From NCBI GenBank assembly GCA_963760365.1, contig CAVXDC010000004.1, forward strand, positions 27,452 through 91,451: 64,000 nt of DNA, in the 5' to 3' direction. Each line of letters starts with the position of its first letter. Within the stretch, counting starts at the first letter, position 1. Source of the DNA: an uncultured Phycisphaerae bacterium (lineage in GTDB: Bacteria > Planctomycetota > Phycisphaerae > SM23-33). Shown piece by piece: positions 19,319 to 29,669 of this stretch. The translations under genes and the position numbers were made by a program. The notes under the pieces were generated by a model, which searched no databases, was not told where the DNA came from, and was given only the letters and a program-made list of their open reading frames with translations.

Positions 19319-19990
19319 CTAACTCCGCGTCTCAGAGACGATGCGTCCGTCCCGCATGGCGATCTGGCGCCGGCAGCGGGAGGCAATGTCGTGTTCGTGG
19401 GTCACGATGAGGATGGTCCTGCCGGAGGCGTTCAGCGAGACAAACAGGGCAAGGATCTCCTCGCCGGTCCGCGTGTCCAGGTTTCCGGTGGGCTCATCGG
19501 CCAGGATGATGGCCGGGTTGGTGATGATCGATCGTGCGATGGCCACGCGCTGCCGCTGCCCGCCGGAGAGTTGGTTGGGCCGGTGGTGCATGCGGTCGGT
19601 CAGCCCCACGGCCTCGAGGGCCTCGTAGGCCCGCTGCCTGGCGTGGGGCAGGCCCGCGTACAGCAGGGGCAGCTCCACGTTCTCCAAGGCGTTCAGCCGC
19701 GGCAGCAGGTTGAAGGTCTGAAAGACAAACCCGATGCGGCGGTTGCGGATCTCCGCCAGGCGATCCCCGGACAGGCGCGAGACGTCTTCTCCGGCCAGGA
19801 CGTACCGTCCGCTGTCGGGGTGGTCCAGGCAGCCCAGGATGTGCATCAGCGTGCTCTTGCCGCTGCCGGAAGGTCCGGTGATGGCGACCATCTCGCCCGC
19901 CTCGACGGTCAGGTCCACGCCGTCCAAGGCCGCGACGGAGCTGCCGCCCATGCGGTAGTGTTTGATCAGCCCTTGGGCCTCGATGATCAT
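19319..19990 (-). CDS. MacB/LolD-type ABC transporter ATP-binding protein
   Basis: [12 protein letters not shown]..., Walker [10 protein letters not shown], signature [14 protein letters not shown] and Walker B ILADEPT are all present. Confidence 0.92.
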   Translation of the reverse strand: MIIEAQGLIKHYRMGGSSVAALDGVDLTVEAGEMVAITGPSGSGKSTLMHILGCLDHPDSGRYVLAGEDVSRLSGDRLAEIRNRRIGFVFQTFNLLPRLNALENVELPLLYAGLPHARQRAYEALEAVGLTDRMHHRPNQLSGGQRQRVAIARSIITNPAIILADEPTGNLDTRTGEEILALFVSLNASGRTILIVTHEHDIASRCRRQIAMRDGRIVSETRS

Positions 19991-21339
19991 TGCCGTCTCC
20001 CGCCGCCGCCCGGTATCATCGGCATCCCGCCGCGGCCGGGGCGCTGCTCGACTGGCGTTCCAGCGGCTGTCGCGGCGCCGCGCGTGCACCAGGACCGTCT
20101 CTCCCTCCGACAGGCCCGAGACGACCTCGGTCTTCATGCCGTCGCTGATGCCCGACCTCCACCGTCGCTGCTCCTCCTGTCCGTTCTTGACCACGGTGGC
20201 GAACTGCTTGCGGCCCTTGCGAACGACGGCCTCGGCGGGCACGGTCAGCACGTCGGTCTTCTCGGCGGCCACGATCTCCACGTTGGCGGTCATCTCCGGC
20301 TTCAGCAGCAACGGTCCTCTGCCGGTCACCTCGATCTTCACCTCGAAGGTCACCACGTTGGACACGTTCACGCCGCGCGTGGCGATGCGAACCACCTTGC
20401 CGGTAAAGACCCTTCCGGGGAAAGCGTCGGCCGTGATGGTGGCCTCCTGGTCCGACGGCGACCTTGCCGATGTCGCTCTCGTCCACCGAGGCCAGCACGT
20501 ACAGGTGCGACAGGTCCGACAGCGTCAGCACGGTCGTGCCGCCGCCCGACGTTGCTGACGCCGCTGGCGATGATCTGGCCGATCTGGACGTTGCGGGCGA
20601 CCACCACGCCGTCCATCGGTGCGACGACCTTGGTGTCCGTCAGGCGGTCCTCGGCCTGGGTCTTGGTGACGGTGTCGCTCTCGACCTGGGTCTGGGCCAG
20701 CACGATGTCCTGGCGCTTGAGCTCCAGGGCCTCTTCCTGGGTCTTCAGCTCATCCATCGCCACCTGGGCGGTGATCAGGTTACCCGCCGCCTGGACGGCG
20801 GCTGTCTCGGCCGTGTCGCATTCCTCCTGGCTGCAGAGCTGCTTGGCCAGGAGCTGCTTCATGCGGTCGGCCTTGGCGCGGGTGTCGGTGGCGCTGGCCT
20901 GGGCCGATTGCAGATCCGCCTCGGTGCGCTTGCTTGTGGTGGCCAAGCTGCTCTCGGCGATGGCCAGGTTCTGCTTGGCGATGGCGAGCCGGGCCTGCGA
21001 GGCCGACAGCGCCACCTCCGCCTGGTGCAGCACGCGCTGCTCGTCCACCGGGTCCAGCTCCAGCAGCAGATCGCCCTTCTTCACCTTGTCGCTGATGTCG
21101 AAGGGCAGCTTGATGACTTCTCCGCTGGCCTTGCACTTGATGTCCACGTCCAGGTTGGCCACGACCCGCCCGGTGCAGGCCACGGCCAGACGGACGTCGC
21201 CGCGGGCCACCTTGGCCGTGGTCGGTTGGGAGGTGGGATTTTTGGACTCCCCACGGCCCCGCGATATCCACAAACCGCCGGCTAGGAGTACCACGACCAC
21301 TACCAAAACCGCGAGGAGAGCCTTTTTTTTGCGTCTCAT
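19987..21339 (-). CDS. macA: HlyD/MacA-family periplasmic adaptor, 2-3 apparent frameshifts as assembled
   Basis: Three collinear pieces in different frames rebuild one membrane fusion protein. The first is the signal anchor plus coiled coil down to about 20540. The second is LTLSDLSHLYVLASVDESDIGKV, and the third is EATITADAFPGRVFTGKVVRIATRG...VTFEVKIEV. The last piece runs into the ATPase ORF with no stop. Another frame ends ...[16 protein letters not shown] in an ATGA overlap at 19987-19990. Confidence 0.75.
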
Positions 21340-21410
21340 AGGTTTTCAGACCTCTCCCTCCGTCATCTCCGCCCGACCCAGGGACCGCGCGGAGGATACA
21401 CACGGTGTAT

Positions 21411-22775
21411 CTACAACCGCGCCTCATGCGGTGGGTCGCCGCATGGCCGGCCCAACCCGACGAGCGGGGTTTCACCCACGATGCCCATCCTTACGTAGAT
21501 GGGATGGACCAACCGCCCCAGTTGCGGCAGCACTAAGGCGAAGGCCGCTGCAGCCAGGATGCATCCGGCCCCCCCGACGATCACCGCCACCGGGGCGCCG
21601 AACGCCCCGGCCAAACCGCCGGCCAGCAGGTTGCCGAACGGCCCCATGCCCATGAAGCACAGGGTGTAGAAGCTCATCACCCTGCCGCGCTTGTCGTCAT
21701 CCACGAGCGTCTGGACCAGCGAGTTGGCGCCCACCATCTGGACCATCGTACCGAAGCCCGCCGCCATCAGCACCGCCATCGACACCAGCGGCTGGCGCGA
21801 AAGGGCGAAGGCAATCAGTGCCGCCCCGAACAGGCAGCAGGCCGCGACCATCACGCGGCCCAGACCTCGCACGGAACGGCGGGCGGCCATGTACGTCACG
21901 CCCGCCACGGCCCCGGCCCCGACGCAGGCCATGAGGGTCCCCTGCATCCGTGACGTGCCATGCAGGATGTCCTTGGCGAACACCGGCAACAGCACGGAGT
22001 AAGGCATGCCCAGCAGGCTGATCGCAGCCAGCAGCAGCAGGATGGATCGGATCGGGGCAAACCCGACGGCGTACTTGGCTCCTTCCTTCAAATCCGCCGA
22101 ACAGGGTGCCGTTGCCGACAGCGCGAGGGGTTCGACGGACGGCATGGCCAGCAAGGCCACGATCACCGCCAGGAAACTGGCCGAGTTCAGCAGGAAACAC
22201 ACTCCCTCACCCATCCGGTAGATGACCTCTCCGGCAATCGCCGGCCCGAGCATTCGCGGGCCGTTCACCAGCAGCGAGTTCAGCGCCAGGGCGTTGGGCA
22301 GGTCCTTGGGTGATTCCAGCATCTCCACGATGAACGATTGCCGGGTGGGTATGTCAAAGGCGCCTACGATTCCCAGCACCAGGCTCAAGGCCAGGATGTG
22401 CCACACCGCCACGACGCCGGTCAGGGTCAACACGCCCAGCACCCCCGCCTGGATCATGGCCAACGTCTGCGTGGCCACCAGCAGCCGGCGGCGGTCGACG
22501 CGGTCGGCGATGACCCCGGCCAGCGGAGCCAAGCAGAAGACAGGAATCTGCCCGCAGAAGGCCACCACGCCCAGCAGTAGCTTGTCGCCCGTCAGACGGT
22601 ACACCAGCCAACCCAGCGCGGTGGTCTGCATCCAGGTGCCGATCATCGAGGTGCCCTGGCCGAAAAAAAACAGCCGGTAGTTCCGGTGCCTTAGGGATCG
22701 CATCACGGAGGCCAGGCCACCCGGCGATTCGGGCAGACTCGCAGGGAGATCAGGTTGGTTCGGTAAAGAGGTCAT
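21411..22775 (-). CDS. MFS transporter (EntS/MFS_3-like)
   Basis: From MTSLPNQP... the sequence reads RNYRLFFFGQGTSMIGTWMQ...IADRVDRRR with about 12 TM helices. The upstream part of the 650-aa ORF overlaps the TetR gene and was discarded. Confidence 0.85.
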   Translation of the reverse strand: MTSLPNQPDLPASLPESPGGLASVMRSLRHRNYRLFFFGQGTSMIGTWMQTTALGWLVYRLTGDKLLLGVVAFCGQIPVFCLAPLAGVIADRVDRRRLLVATQTLAMIQAGVLGVLTLTGVVAVWHILALSLVLGIVGAFDIPTRQSFIVEMLESPKDLPNALALNSLLVNGPRMLGPAIAGEVIYRMGEGVCFLLNSASFLAVIVALLAMPSVEPLALSATAPCSADLKEGAKYAVGFAPIRSILLLLAAISLLGMPYSVLLPVFAKDILHGTSRMQGTLMACVGAGAVAGVTYMAARRSVRGLGRVMVAACCLFGAALIAFALSRQPLVSMAVLMAAGFGTMVQMVGANSLVQTLVDDDKRGRVMSFYTLCFMGMGPFGNLLAGGLAGAFGAPVAVIVGGAGCILAAAAFALVLPQLGRLVHPIYVRMGIVGETPLVGLGRPCGDPPHEARL

Positions 22776-23424
22776 AGCGACGCCAGGCTCCGGGGGGCTT
22801 CTGAACGGGGTGGGGAATCTACCGGATGCAGCGACTCCACCCTTGCCGTCGCACCGTGGAGAAACAGGTCCACGACCAACTCGTACCGACGCAGTTCCTG
22901 GGGTAATTCTCGCAGGTCGATCTCCCGCGTTCGCAACACCCCCAGCAGGAACCCGGCCAAGACTTCCGGCGGCAGGTCCGTGCGGATTTGCCCCTGGCCG
23001 GCACCTTGGCGGAGGATCTCGGCGATGGCCTGGAGCAGCGCCTGGCGCTTTTCCATCCACTTCTCGCGCAATCGTCCCTTGAGCAGCGCCACGCGATTGT
23101 CCTGGGCCTGCATCATGCCGAACAGCTTCCGGCGTTTCTGGAAAAACCCGCTGATCGCCACGCAGGCGCTGAGGAGCTGCTGAACGAACGGGGCGCTGGG
23201 GAGACCTCGCGGTGGAGTAGCTCGCACAGCTCATCGAAACCCCGGTGGGCCGTCTCGAAGAAAAGATCGTCCTTACTCTTGAAGTACCGGTAGATCGTGC
23301 CCTTGCCGACATGGGCCTCATGGGCGACTTGGTCGGTGGTGACCTCATGAAAGGGCCGGCCAAGGAAAAGCCGTTCGGCAGCCAACATGATCTGTTGACG
23401 TTTGTCCTTGTTATTACTTGTCAT
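22772..23424 (-). CDS. TetR-family transcriptional regulator, one apparent frameshift near 23205
   Basis: The N-terminal HTH (RQQIMLAAERLFLGRPFHEVTTDQVAHEAHVGKGTIYRYFKSKDDLF) is in ORF 23113-23424. The ligand-domain helices are in ORF 22772-23227. The stop overlaps the MFS start (ATGA). Confidence 0.85.
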
Positions 23425-23445
23425 TACTGCACTTATAAAAATAGC

Positions 23446-23465
23446 AATACTGACCAGTCAGTATT
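23446..23465. promoter_or_regulatory. probable TetR operator: perfect palindrome AATACTGAC-CA-GTCAGTATT
   Basis: A 20-bp perfect inverted repeat sits 22 nt upstream of the TetR start codon, in an AT-rich spacer. Confidence 0.5.
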
Positions 23466-23509
23466 ATAACATCTATTGGCTACACCGGTCAAGGCCTTTG
23501 TCAGCACGC

Positions 23510-25078
23510 TTACAGCGGTCCGGGAACCAGGGCGGGCAGAACTTCGCTCCTGCCAGCCAGGACGGCTGACAGGTGCAGCAGGGCCAGCGGATGCTCATCG
23601 TCCGGCCTCGCCGCCGGACCGTGCCAGCCCGAGACAAAATAACCGTCCTTGAACCGCTGGGTTAGGATATTATCGGCCACCCGGCGGGCAAGGTTCAGGT
23701 ACCCCTGTTGAGACGTGGCCTTGTAGAGTTGGAGCAGACCGAGCACTGCATAGGGGTCGGCACAGCTCGTAGACGGTTCGGTGGTTGGGGCAACGCCGAC
23801 CTGACCGAGATCAGCCAGGCCGATGCCGCGGGCAAGATCGCACGTCATCTTCCACAGGAACGCGTCTCCCGACAGACGGTAGCCCATCGCATAAGCCAGG
23901 AAAAACTGGCCGTCACCAGGAGTGGCGCTGAAGCTGTCCCCGGCTGGACCGTAGTAGCCGTCCTTCTCAAAAACCATGCCGGTGAGGATCGTTCCGTCGG
24001 TGTGGATGGCATGGAAGATGTTCTCCTCCGGGCGATAGGCCCATCGCCCGTAGGCAGCCAAATCTTCCAAGGCCGAGCGGACAAACTCCGCCCCTTCCGG
24101 CCCCAGCAGCTCTCCCATCGCCATGCGGATCATGCCTGCATTGATGCAGATGATCCTGATGTGCCTGGGATTGGAGGTCGTCCCTTCGCGCACCACGTGC
24201 CCGCACAACATGCCGCTGAACTGGTGGATGGCCCGATCGGTCCAGTGGTCGGCCCCGGGCAGGTAACGGATGCTGTACTGGTAACCGGCCATGCCGGTGA
24301 CGGGATCGCACGTCTGGCGGTAGCGGTGGTGCAGTCGCTTGGCCCAGGAAAGGGGCTTATCCTGTCCGGTGAAGTGGTGGAGCATGGCGGCGGCGTAGTA
24401 CAGGTCGCTGCCGGTGTTGGTGAAGGTTAGGCCCCGGCTGGTGAACCACACGCCCCTGCCGATGTAGGCATTGTTCCACAAGGCGCCCAGGGGCTTGCCG
24501 TAGGGGCCGTGGCGGTTGAAATCCAGCACGGACCAGTCCAGGACATGGGCGTTCCAGAAGGCCTGGATGAATCGCTGGGTGGCCTGGGCGTCCACCTGGT
24601 GCATCAGCGCGTAGTGGGGGTAGACGCTTTTGAGTTCATGGACGCCTGGCCTGTATCCCACCCAATCGTCGGCCAGGGCGTCGTAGGCGCAATGCCCGCC
24701 CCATCGCAGCAGGCCCGAGGAATCGGACAGGTGCTCGAAGGCATAGCGGAAAACCTCCACCGCGGCGTCGCGATACTCGGCGCTGCCGGTCAGGGCGGTC
24801 AGTCCGTCCAGCACGCGGAGGAACGTCTGCTGCCGCGCGAGATTGGACAGGATGATCTCGTGCTCCTGTCCGGTCCGCTGGTTCATCCGCCACGGGGCCA
24901 AGCGGGCCTTGGCAGCGGGCAGCTCGATCTCGTCCACGAACAGGGGGGTCTGTCGAGGCCCATAGACGTCCCGGCCATGCCGCAGGAGGTTATCGGCGTG
25001 CGTGCAGACGGCAGCGAGGTAGGGACAGGACGCCGAAGAGGTCTTGCCCACGTCACCGCCGGAGGGCGTTTGGCGCAT
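23510..25078 (-). CDS. hypothetical protein (possibly an alpha/alpha-toroid glycan-active enzyme; family not recognised)
   Basis: Intact 522-aa ORF with ordinary globular composition. No motif that I can name with confidence. Confidence 0.55.
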   Translation of the reverse strand: MRQTPSGGDVGKTSSASCPYLAAVCTHADNLLRHGRDVYGPRQTPLFVDEIELPAAKARLAPWRMNQRTGQEHEIILSNLARQQTFLRVLDGLTALTGSAEYRDAAVEVFRYAFEHLSDSSGLLRWGGHCAYDALADDWVGYRPGVHELKSVYPHYALMHQVDAQATQRFIQAFWNAHVLDWSVLDFNRHGPYGKPLGALWNNAYIGRGVWFTSRGLTFTNTGSDLYYAAAMLHHFTGQDKPLSWAKRLHHRYRQTCDPVTGMAGYQYSIRYLPGADHWTDRAIHQFSGMLCGHVVREGTTSNPRHIRIICINAGMIRMAMGELLGPEGAEFVRSALEDLAAYGRWAYRPEENIFHAIHTDGTILTGMVFEKDGYYGPAGDSFSATPGDGQFFLAYAMGYRLSGDAFLWKMTCDLARGIGLADLGQVGVAPTTEPSTSCADPYAVLGLLQLYKATSQQGYLNLARRVADNILTQRFKDGYFVSGWHGPAARPDDEHPLALLHLSAVLAGRSEVLPALVPGPL

Positions 25079-25231
25079 CGCGTGTGTCTCCTTGACCTTT
25101 GGGGTCGTCTAGGCAAAACGTCGCCGAGACTTCGTCATTGCCATGATAAGGCACCGAGGCTTGGCAGTCTTGCGGGAATCCGATATCATCTGCGACGAAA
25201 GGCCGAGTTCGCCGGCCAAAGAAATCGCAGC

Positions 25232-26381
25232 GTGAAGGTCGTTACTCTCCAGCAGCCCAGGCGCATCGTGATCGGGGTCGGCAGTGCCCCCCAAGCCGCG
25301 AAGGACCTGGCCGCCACAGGAGCGGAAAAGGTCCTGGTCGTCACGGCCCCGCCGATCGCAGCGGCGGCGAAGGCCTTTTTCATCGACCCGGCCAACAAGG
25401 CGGGCCTCACTGTCACCGTCCACGACTCCATCGACCGCGAGCCGACCGTTGCGATGTTCCACCGCGCGCTGGAGCATGCCAAATCCCTCCGTCCCGACGT
25501 CATCGTCGGCCTGGGCGGAGGTAGCGCGCTGGATGTCTCCAAACTCGTGGCCGCCTTGCTGAACTCACCTCAGAGCGTTTCGGAAGTCTTCGGCCTGGAT
25601 AAGCTGGCGGGCAGGACTACGCGCCTGGTCTGCCTGCCGACGACCTCCGGCACGGGCAGCGAGGTCTCGCCCAACGCGCTGCTGCTGGATACCGCCCGAG
25701 GAGCGCAAGAAGGCGGTCGTCAGTCCGCACCTGGTGCCGGACGCGGCCTACGTCGATCCGCAGTTGACCCTCAGCGTGCCGCCGGAGGTCACAGCCGCCA
25801 CGGGGCTGGACGCACTGGTGCATTGCATCGAGGCCTACGCCAACGTCAACGCCCACCCGGCCGTGGACGTGTACGCGCTGGAGGGCATCCGCCTGATCGC
25901 GGCCAACCTGCCGCGGGCGGTCGAGCACGGCGACGACCTCCAGGCCCGTTCGGCCATGTCGCTGGGCAGCCTGTTCGGCGGACTGTGCCTGGGCCCGGTC
26001 AACACCGCGGCCGTGCACGCGCTGGCGTATCCGCTCGGTGAGATGTTCGACGTGCCGCACGGACTGGCCAACGCGGTGCTGCTGGCCGACGTGATGGAGT
26101 ATCAACCTCGCCGCCGCACCGAGCCGCTACGCGGAGATTGGACGAACGCTTGGAGCTAGCGGCCGCAATGACCGGGAGATGGCTACGGGCCGGCGTCGCA
26201 GGCCGTTCGCGAATTAATCTCCCGGTGCGGTTTGGCTAAGCGGCTGCGGGACCTGGGTGTCCCGGCTGATGCCATCGGCTGCATGGCGGAAGCAGCCATG
26301 AAGGTGACTCGACTGCTGGTGAACAACCTCAGGCCTCTTACTCAGAGTGACATTGAGATTATCTATAGAAAGGCATACTAA
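25232..26381 (+). CDS. iron-containing (group III) alcohol dehydrogenase, three apparent frameshifts as assembled
   Basis: GLGGGSALDVSK, LPTTSGTGSEVS and LDALVHCIEAY are Fe-ADH motifs. Pieces change frame at about 25695 (a CCC run), about 26104 and about 26190. Stitched together they give a full-length protein ending ...IEIIYRKAY*. Confidence 0.8.
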
Positions 26382-26387
26382 AGGGTC

Positions 26388-27324
26388 ATGGCAAGCACAA
26401 ATGCACCAAAGCAGCGGCGAGGCGTGATCGTCCCGATGATTACGCCACTAACGGAGTCTGGCGAACTGGACGAAAAGGCCGCACGGCGGGTGGTGGACCA
26501 CCTGCTGGCCGGCGGCGTGGATGCGATCTTCGTGATCGGGACGACCGGGGAGTCGGCCTCGCTTCCCGCGGCCTGGCGGCCACGACTTGTGGCGGCGACG
26601 GTCGAACAGGTCGGCGGCAGGACCGGCGTGTATGCGGGCATCTCATCCAACTGCCTGTCTGAATCCCTGGCCGCGGGCAAAGAGTACCTGCGGATGGGCG
26701 TCGATGCGCTGGTAGTCCACTTGCCGTGTTACTTTCCCCTCAGCGATCAGGAGCAATATCATTATTTCAAGACGCTGCTGGACGGTCTGGCCGGTCCGCT
26801 GGTCATCTACAACATACCGCAGACCACCGGCATGAGCATTTCACTGGAGGTGGTGGAGCAGTTGGCCGAACATCCCAATGCCGCGGGCCTTAAGGACTCC
26901 GCTGGAGATCCTGCCCGCCTGTCCAAGCTGCTTCAACTTCTAAGCGGGAGGGATAAATTTCCGGTCTTCGTGGGCACGACGGCCTTGGCGGCTGAAGGGC
27001 TAAAGGGGGGCGCCGCCGGTTATGTACCCAGCATCGGCAACCTCACCCCCTCGCCGTGCCGTGACCTCTACGCGTCTGCCCAGGCAGGCAGATGGGATGA
27101 GGTTAAAGAAGCACCAGGCCTTGCTCGACACCCTGGGGAAGGTTTGCTACGGAGGGCGGACGATAGGACAGTCCGTCGCGGCACTGAAGGCACTGATGAG
27201 CGAGGCGGGCCTGTGCGGGCCGACTGTCCTTCCACCGCTGCAAACGTTAGACAGGCGGCAGAGGCAGGAACTGATGGAAGGTTTGAAAAACGAAGGACTA
27301 TCTCTGGCGGAACTGACTAGGTAA
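26388..27324 (+). CDS. DapA/dihydrodipicolinate synthase-family (class I aldolase/lyase) protein, one apparent frameshift near 27100
   Basis: GVIVPMITPLTESGELD...IFVIGTTGESASL...VIYNIP...GLKDSAG (the Schiff-base Lys context). The C-terminus continues in ORF 27022-27324. Confidence 0.8.
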
Positions 27325-28397
27325 TGGAAGATGGGCGCGACATGGTAGGGGCTAAAGACAAAAAGGGCAAAAGGCAAGCGGGCAAGCCGCGGGTGGCCAT
27401 CACGATGGGTGACCCCGCTGGCGTGGGGCCGGAACTGAGCCTGCGAATCCTCACCGCACCGGCCGTGCGGCGCGTATGCGTGCCGATCGTCTTTGGCGAC
27501 GCGAGCGTCCTGCGACGGGTGGCCCGGCGGTGCAAGCTGCCAGCCCCCCAAACGGTGATGGCTCTGGAGGATTGGCAGAGACAAAAGGCCAAGGCCCGCA
27601 GGCCGACGGTCGTGGATTTCCACACCCTTGACGGCCAAAAGGTCCAGCCCGGGCGGATCAGCGCCGCCTGCGGGCGGGCGGCCTACGAGTACATCAAGAT
27701 GTCCATCGCCGCAGCCCTGGCCGGCCAAGTCGCGGCCGTGGTCACCAACCCCATCCACAAGGAATCCCTCAACCGGGCGGGCATAGACTTCCCCGGGCAC
27801 ACGGAGATTTTCCAGTCCCTCACCGGCGCCAGGCGAGTCTGCATGATGCTGGCCGGTGACAAAATTACCGTCAGCTTCGTCACCACGCACGTGGGGTACG
27901 CCGACGTGCCAAAATACCTTTCCCGCCGGCGAATCCTGGACGTCATCGAACTGACCAGCCAGGCCATGAGCGCGATCCGAGGCCGGCGGGTAAGGCTGGC
28001 AGTCTGCGGACTGAACCCCCACGCCGGGGAGCACGGGCTGTTCGGCCGGCGCGAGGAGCAGAAGCGGATCAAACCGGCCATTCAGGCCGCCCGGGCCCGG
28101 GGCATCGACGCCAGCGGCCCCTGGCCGCCGGACACCGCTTTTCTGCCGTGGCGACTGAAGGATTGCGACGCTATCGTGTGCATGTACCACGACCAGGGGC
28201 ACATCCCCTTCAAGATGCTCGCCTTCGACACTGGCGTGAACGTGACTTTGGGTCTGCCGATCATCCGCACGTCAGTGGACCACGGCACGGCCTTTGACAT
28301 CGCCTGGCAGGGGCGGGCCAGTCCCAAAAGTCTGATCTCGGCGGTGCGATGGGCCGTCGCACTGGCGGGGCGGAGCAAAACGGGCAAGCGGACATGA
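27324..28397 (+). CDS. PdxA-family NAD-dependent 4-phospho-hydroxyacid dehydrogenase (PdxA2-like)
   Basis: VAITMGDPAGVGPEL...NPIHKESL...GHTE...SVDHGTAFDIA are PdxA family motifs. The start overlaps the upstream stop (TAATG) and the stop overlaps the next gene's start (ATGA). Confidence 0.88.
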   Translation: MEDGRDMVGAKDKKGKRQAGKPRVAITMGDPAGVGPELSLRILTAPAVRRVCVPIVFGDASVLRRVARRCKLPAPQTVMALEDWQRQKAKARRPTVVDFHTLDGQKVQPGRISAACGRAAYEYIKMSIAAALAGQVAAVVTNPIHKESLNRAGIDFPGHTEIFQSLTGARRVCMMLAGDKITVSFVTTHVGYADVPKYLSRRRILDVIELTSQAMSAIRGRRVRLAVCGLNPHAGEHGLFGRREEQKRIKPAIQAARARGIDASGPWPPDTAFLPWRLKDCDAIVCMYHDQGHIPFKMLAFDTGVNVTLGLPIIRTSVDHGTAFDIAWQGRASPKSLISAVRWAVALAGRSKTGKRT

Positions 28398-29542
28398 TCG
28401 CGATCCTCGCCGATGACTTTACCGGGGCAGCAGAAGTCGGAGCGGTGGCCCTGCGGTACGGGCTTTCGGCCCAGGTGCAGGACCGCTTCGGTCCCGACGT
28501 CGCGACCGACGTCATCGTCCTCAACACCGATAGTCGCTCCCTGCCGTCGTACCAGGCCGCCGCCGTGGTGGCTGAGACCACCGGCCCGATTCGCCAGACG
28601 GCCCGATGGGTTTACAAGAAGATCGACTCCGTCCTTCGTGGCCCCGTCGTGGCAGAAGTGCAGGCCGCCCTGTCCGCCTTGGGCCTGGAGCGGGCGATCC
28701 TGGCACCGGCCAATCCCTCGCTCGGCAGGACTATCCGCCAGGGACGGTATTACGTCAACGACGTGCCGCTGCACCAAACCGCCTTTGCGACGGACAAGGA
28801 ATATCCCGCCAGCACCAGCGACGTGCTGAGCCTCCTCAGCCGGGGCGGCGCGACACCGTCGGGACTGCTGGAACTTAACCAGGCGACGCCGCCTCAAGGC
28901 ATCTTCATCGCCGGCCAGGTCCAAAGCACCGAAGACCTAGCCGCCTGGGCCGCGAAGGTCGATGAGCGGACGCTGCCGGTGGGTGGGGCGGAGTTCCTCG
29001 CCGCCGTCCTTGAGGCCAAGGGACACGCACGAACCCGACAAGTCGTCCATAGTCCATTGCGAGGTGAAAGGGCGATGCTGCTGGTCTGTGGCAGCTCCCC
29101 ACCCTATGCAGCCAAGACGATTGAGCAGGCCCGCGGACGCGGCATAGAGGTTTTGCCCATGCCGCAAGCACTACTGGACCAGGCAGCCGACGCACCGGCG
29201 ATCATGCAGCGCTGGGCTGACCAGGCCTGCGACGCCCTGGCCCGGCGCGGCTCGGCGGTCGTGTCGATAGGGAAGGGGACGGACCGTCCCGGTTGTCCGC
29301 AGGTGATGGTGGACCGCTTGGTCGAGCTGGCGGTAGCCGTGCTGAGCCGGGCGCGAGTCGGCAGCCTCTGCGTCGAGGGTGGCACGACGGCCTGGACGCT
29401 GGTGAAGCATCTGGGATGGCAGCGGTTCCGCGTGCACCGCGAGCTTGCCCCGGGGGTGGTGGCGATGGGAGTAGTCGGCGGCGGCCCGCAGGTTACAATG
29501 AAGCCAGGCAGCTACGCTTGGCCTGAGGATATCTGGCCTTGA
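28394..29542 (+). CDS. DUF1537 four-carbon acid-sugar kinase family protein
   Basis: The N-terminal MIAILADDFTGAAEVG is the signature of the YgbK/DUF1537 kinase family. The ORF is intact. Confidence 0.85.
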   Translation: MIAILADDFTGAAEVGAVALRYGLSAQVQDRFGPDVATDVIVLNTDSRSLPSYQAAAVVAETTGPIRQTARWVYKKIDSVLRGPVVAEVQAALSALGLERAILAPANPSLGRTIRQGRYYVNDVPLHQTAFATDKEYPASTSDVLSLLSRGGATPSGLLELNQATPPQGIFIAGQVQSTEDLAAWAAKVDERTLPVGGAEFLAAVLEAKGHARTRQVVHSPLRGERAMLLVCGSSPPYAAKTIEQARGRGIEVLPMPQALLDQAADAPAIMQRWADQACDALARRGSAVVSIGKGTDRPGCPQVMVDRLVELAVAVLSRARVGSLCVEGGTTAWTLVKHLGWQRFRVHRELAPGVVAMGVVGGGPQVTMKPGSYAWPEDIWP

Positions 29543-29583
29543 CCTGCGGCTGAGAGATGAGGCTTGCCGATGAACTAATCGCA

Positions 29584-29621
29584 GGCCCGGTGGCAAAAAA
29601 TGGCAGACGCAAGGGATTTTT
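29584..29621 (+). other. degenerate copy of the 5' half of tRNA-Leu
   Basis: GGCCCGGTGGC....AGACGCAAGGGATTT matches tRNA-Leu positions 29670-29680 and 29689-29703 exactly. The D-loop region is replaced (AAAAAATGGC). Confidence 0.7.
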
Positions 29622-29669
29622 AACACAGCAAAGTTGCGTGAAGGTACTCATTCTCGTCGGTTATAGCCC

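Noticed and set aside
22776-23363. The N-terminal 196 aa of the 650-aa ORF 21411-23363, which would extend the MFS transporter upstream.
   Set aside because: The extension overlaps the TetR gene in another frame and is Arg/Pro/Gly-rich. The MFS family N-terminus (MTSLPNQ...RNYRLFFFGQ) begins at the ATG at 22775, which also forms an ATGA overlap with the TetR stop.
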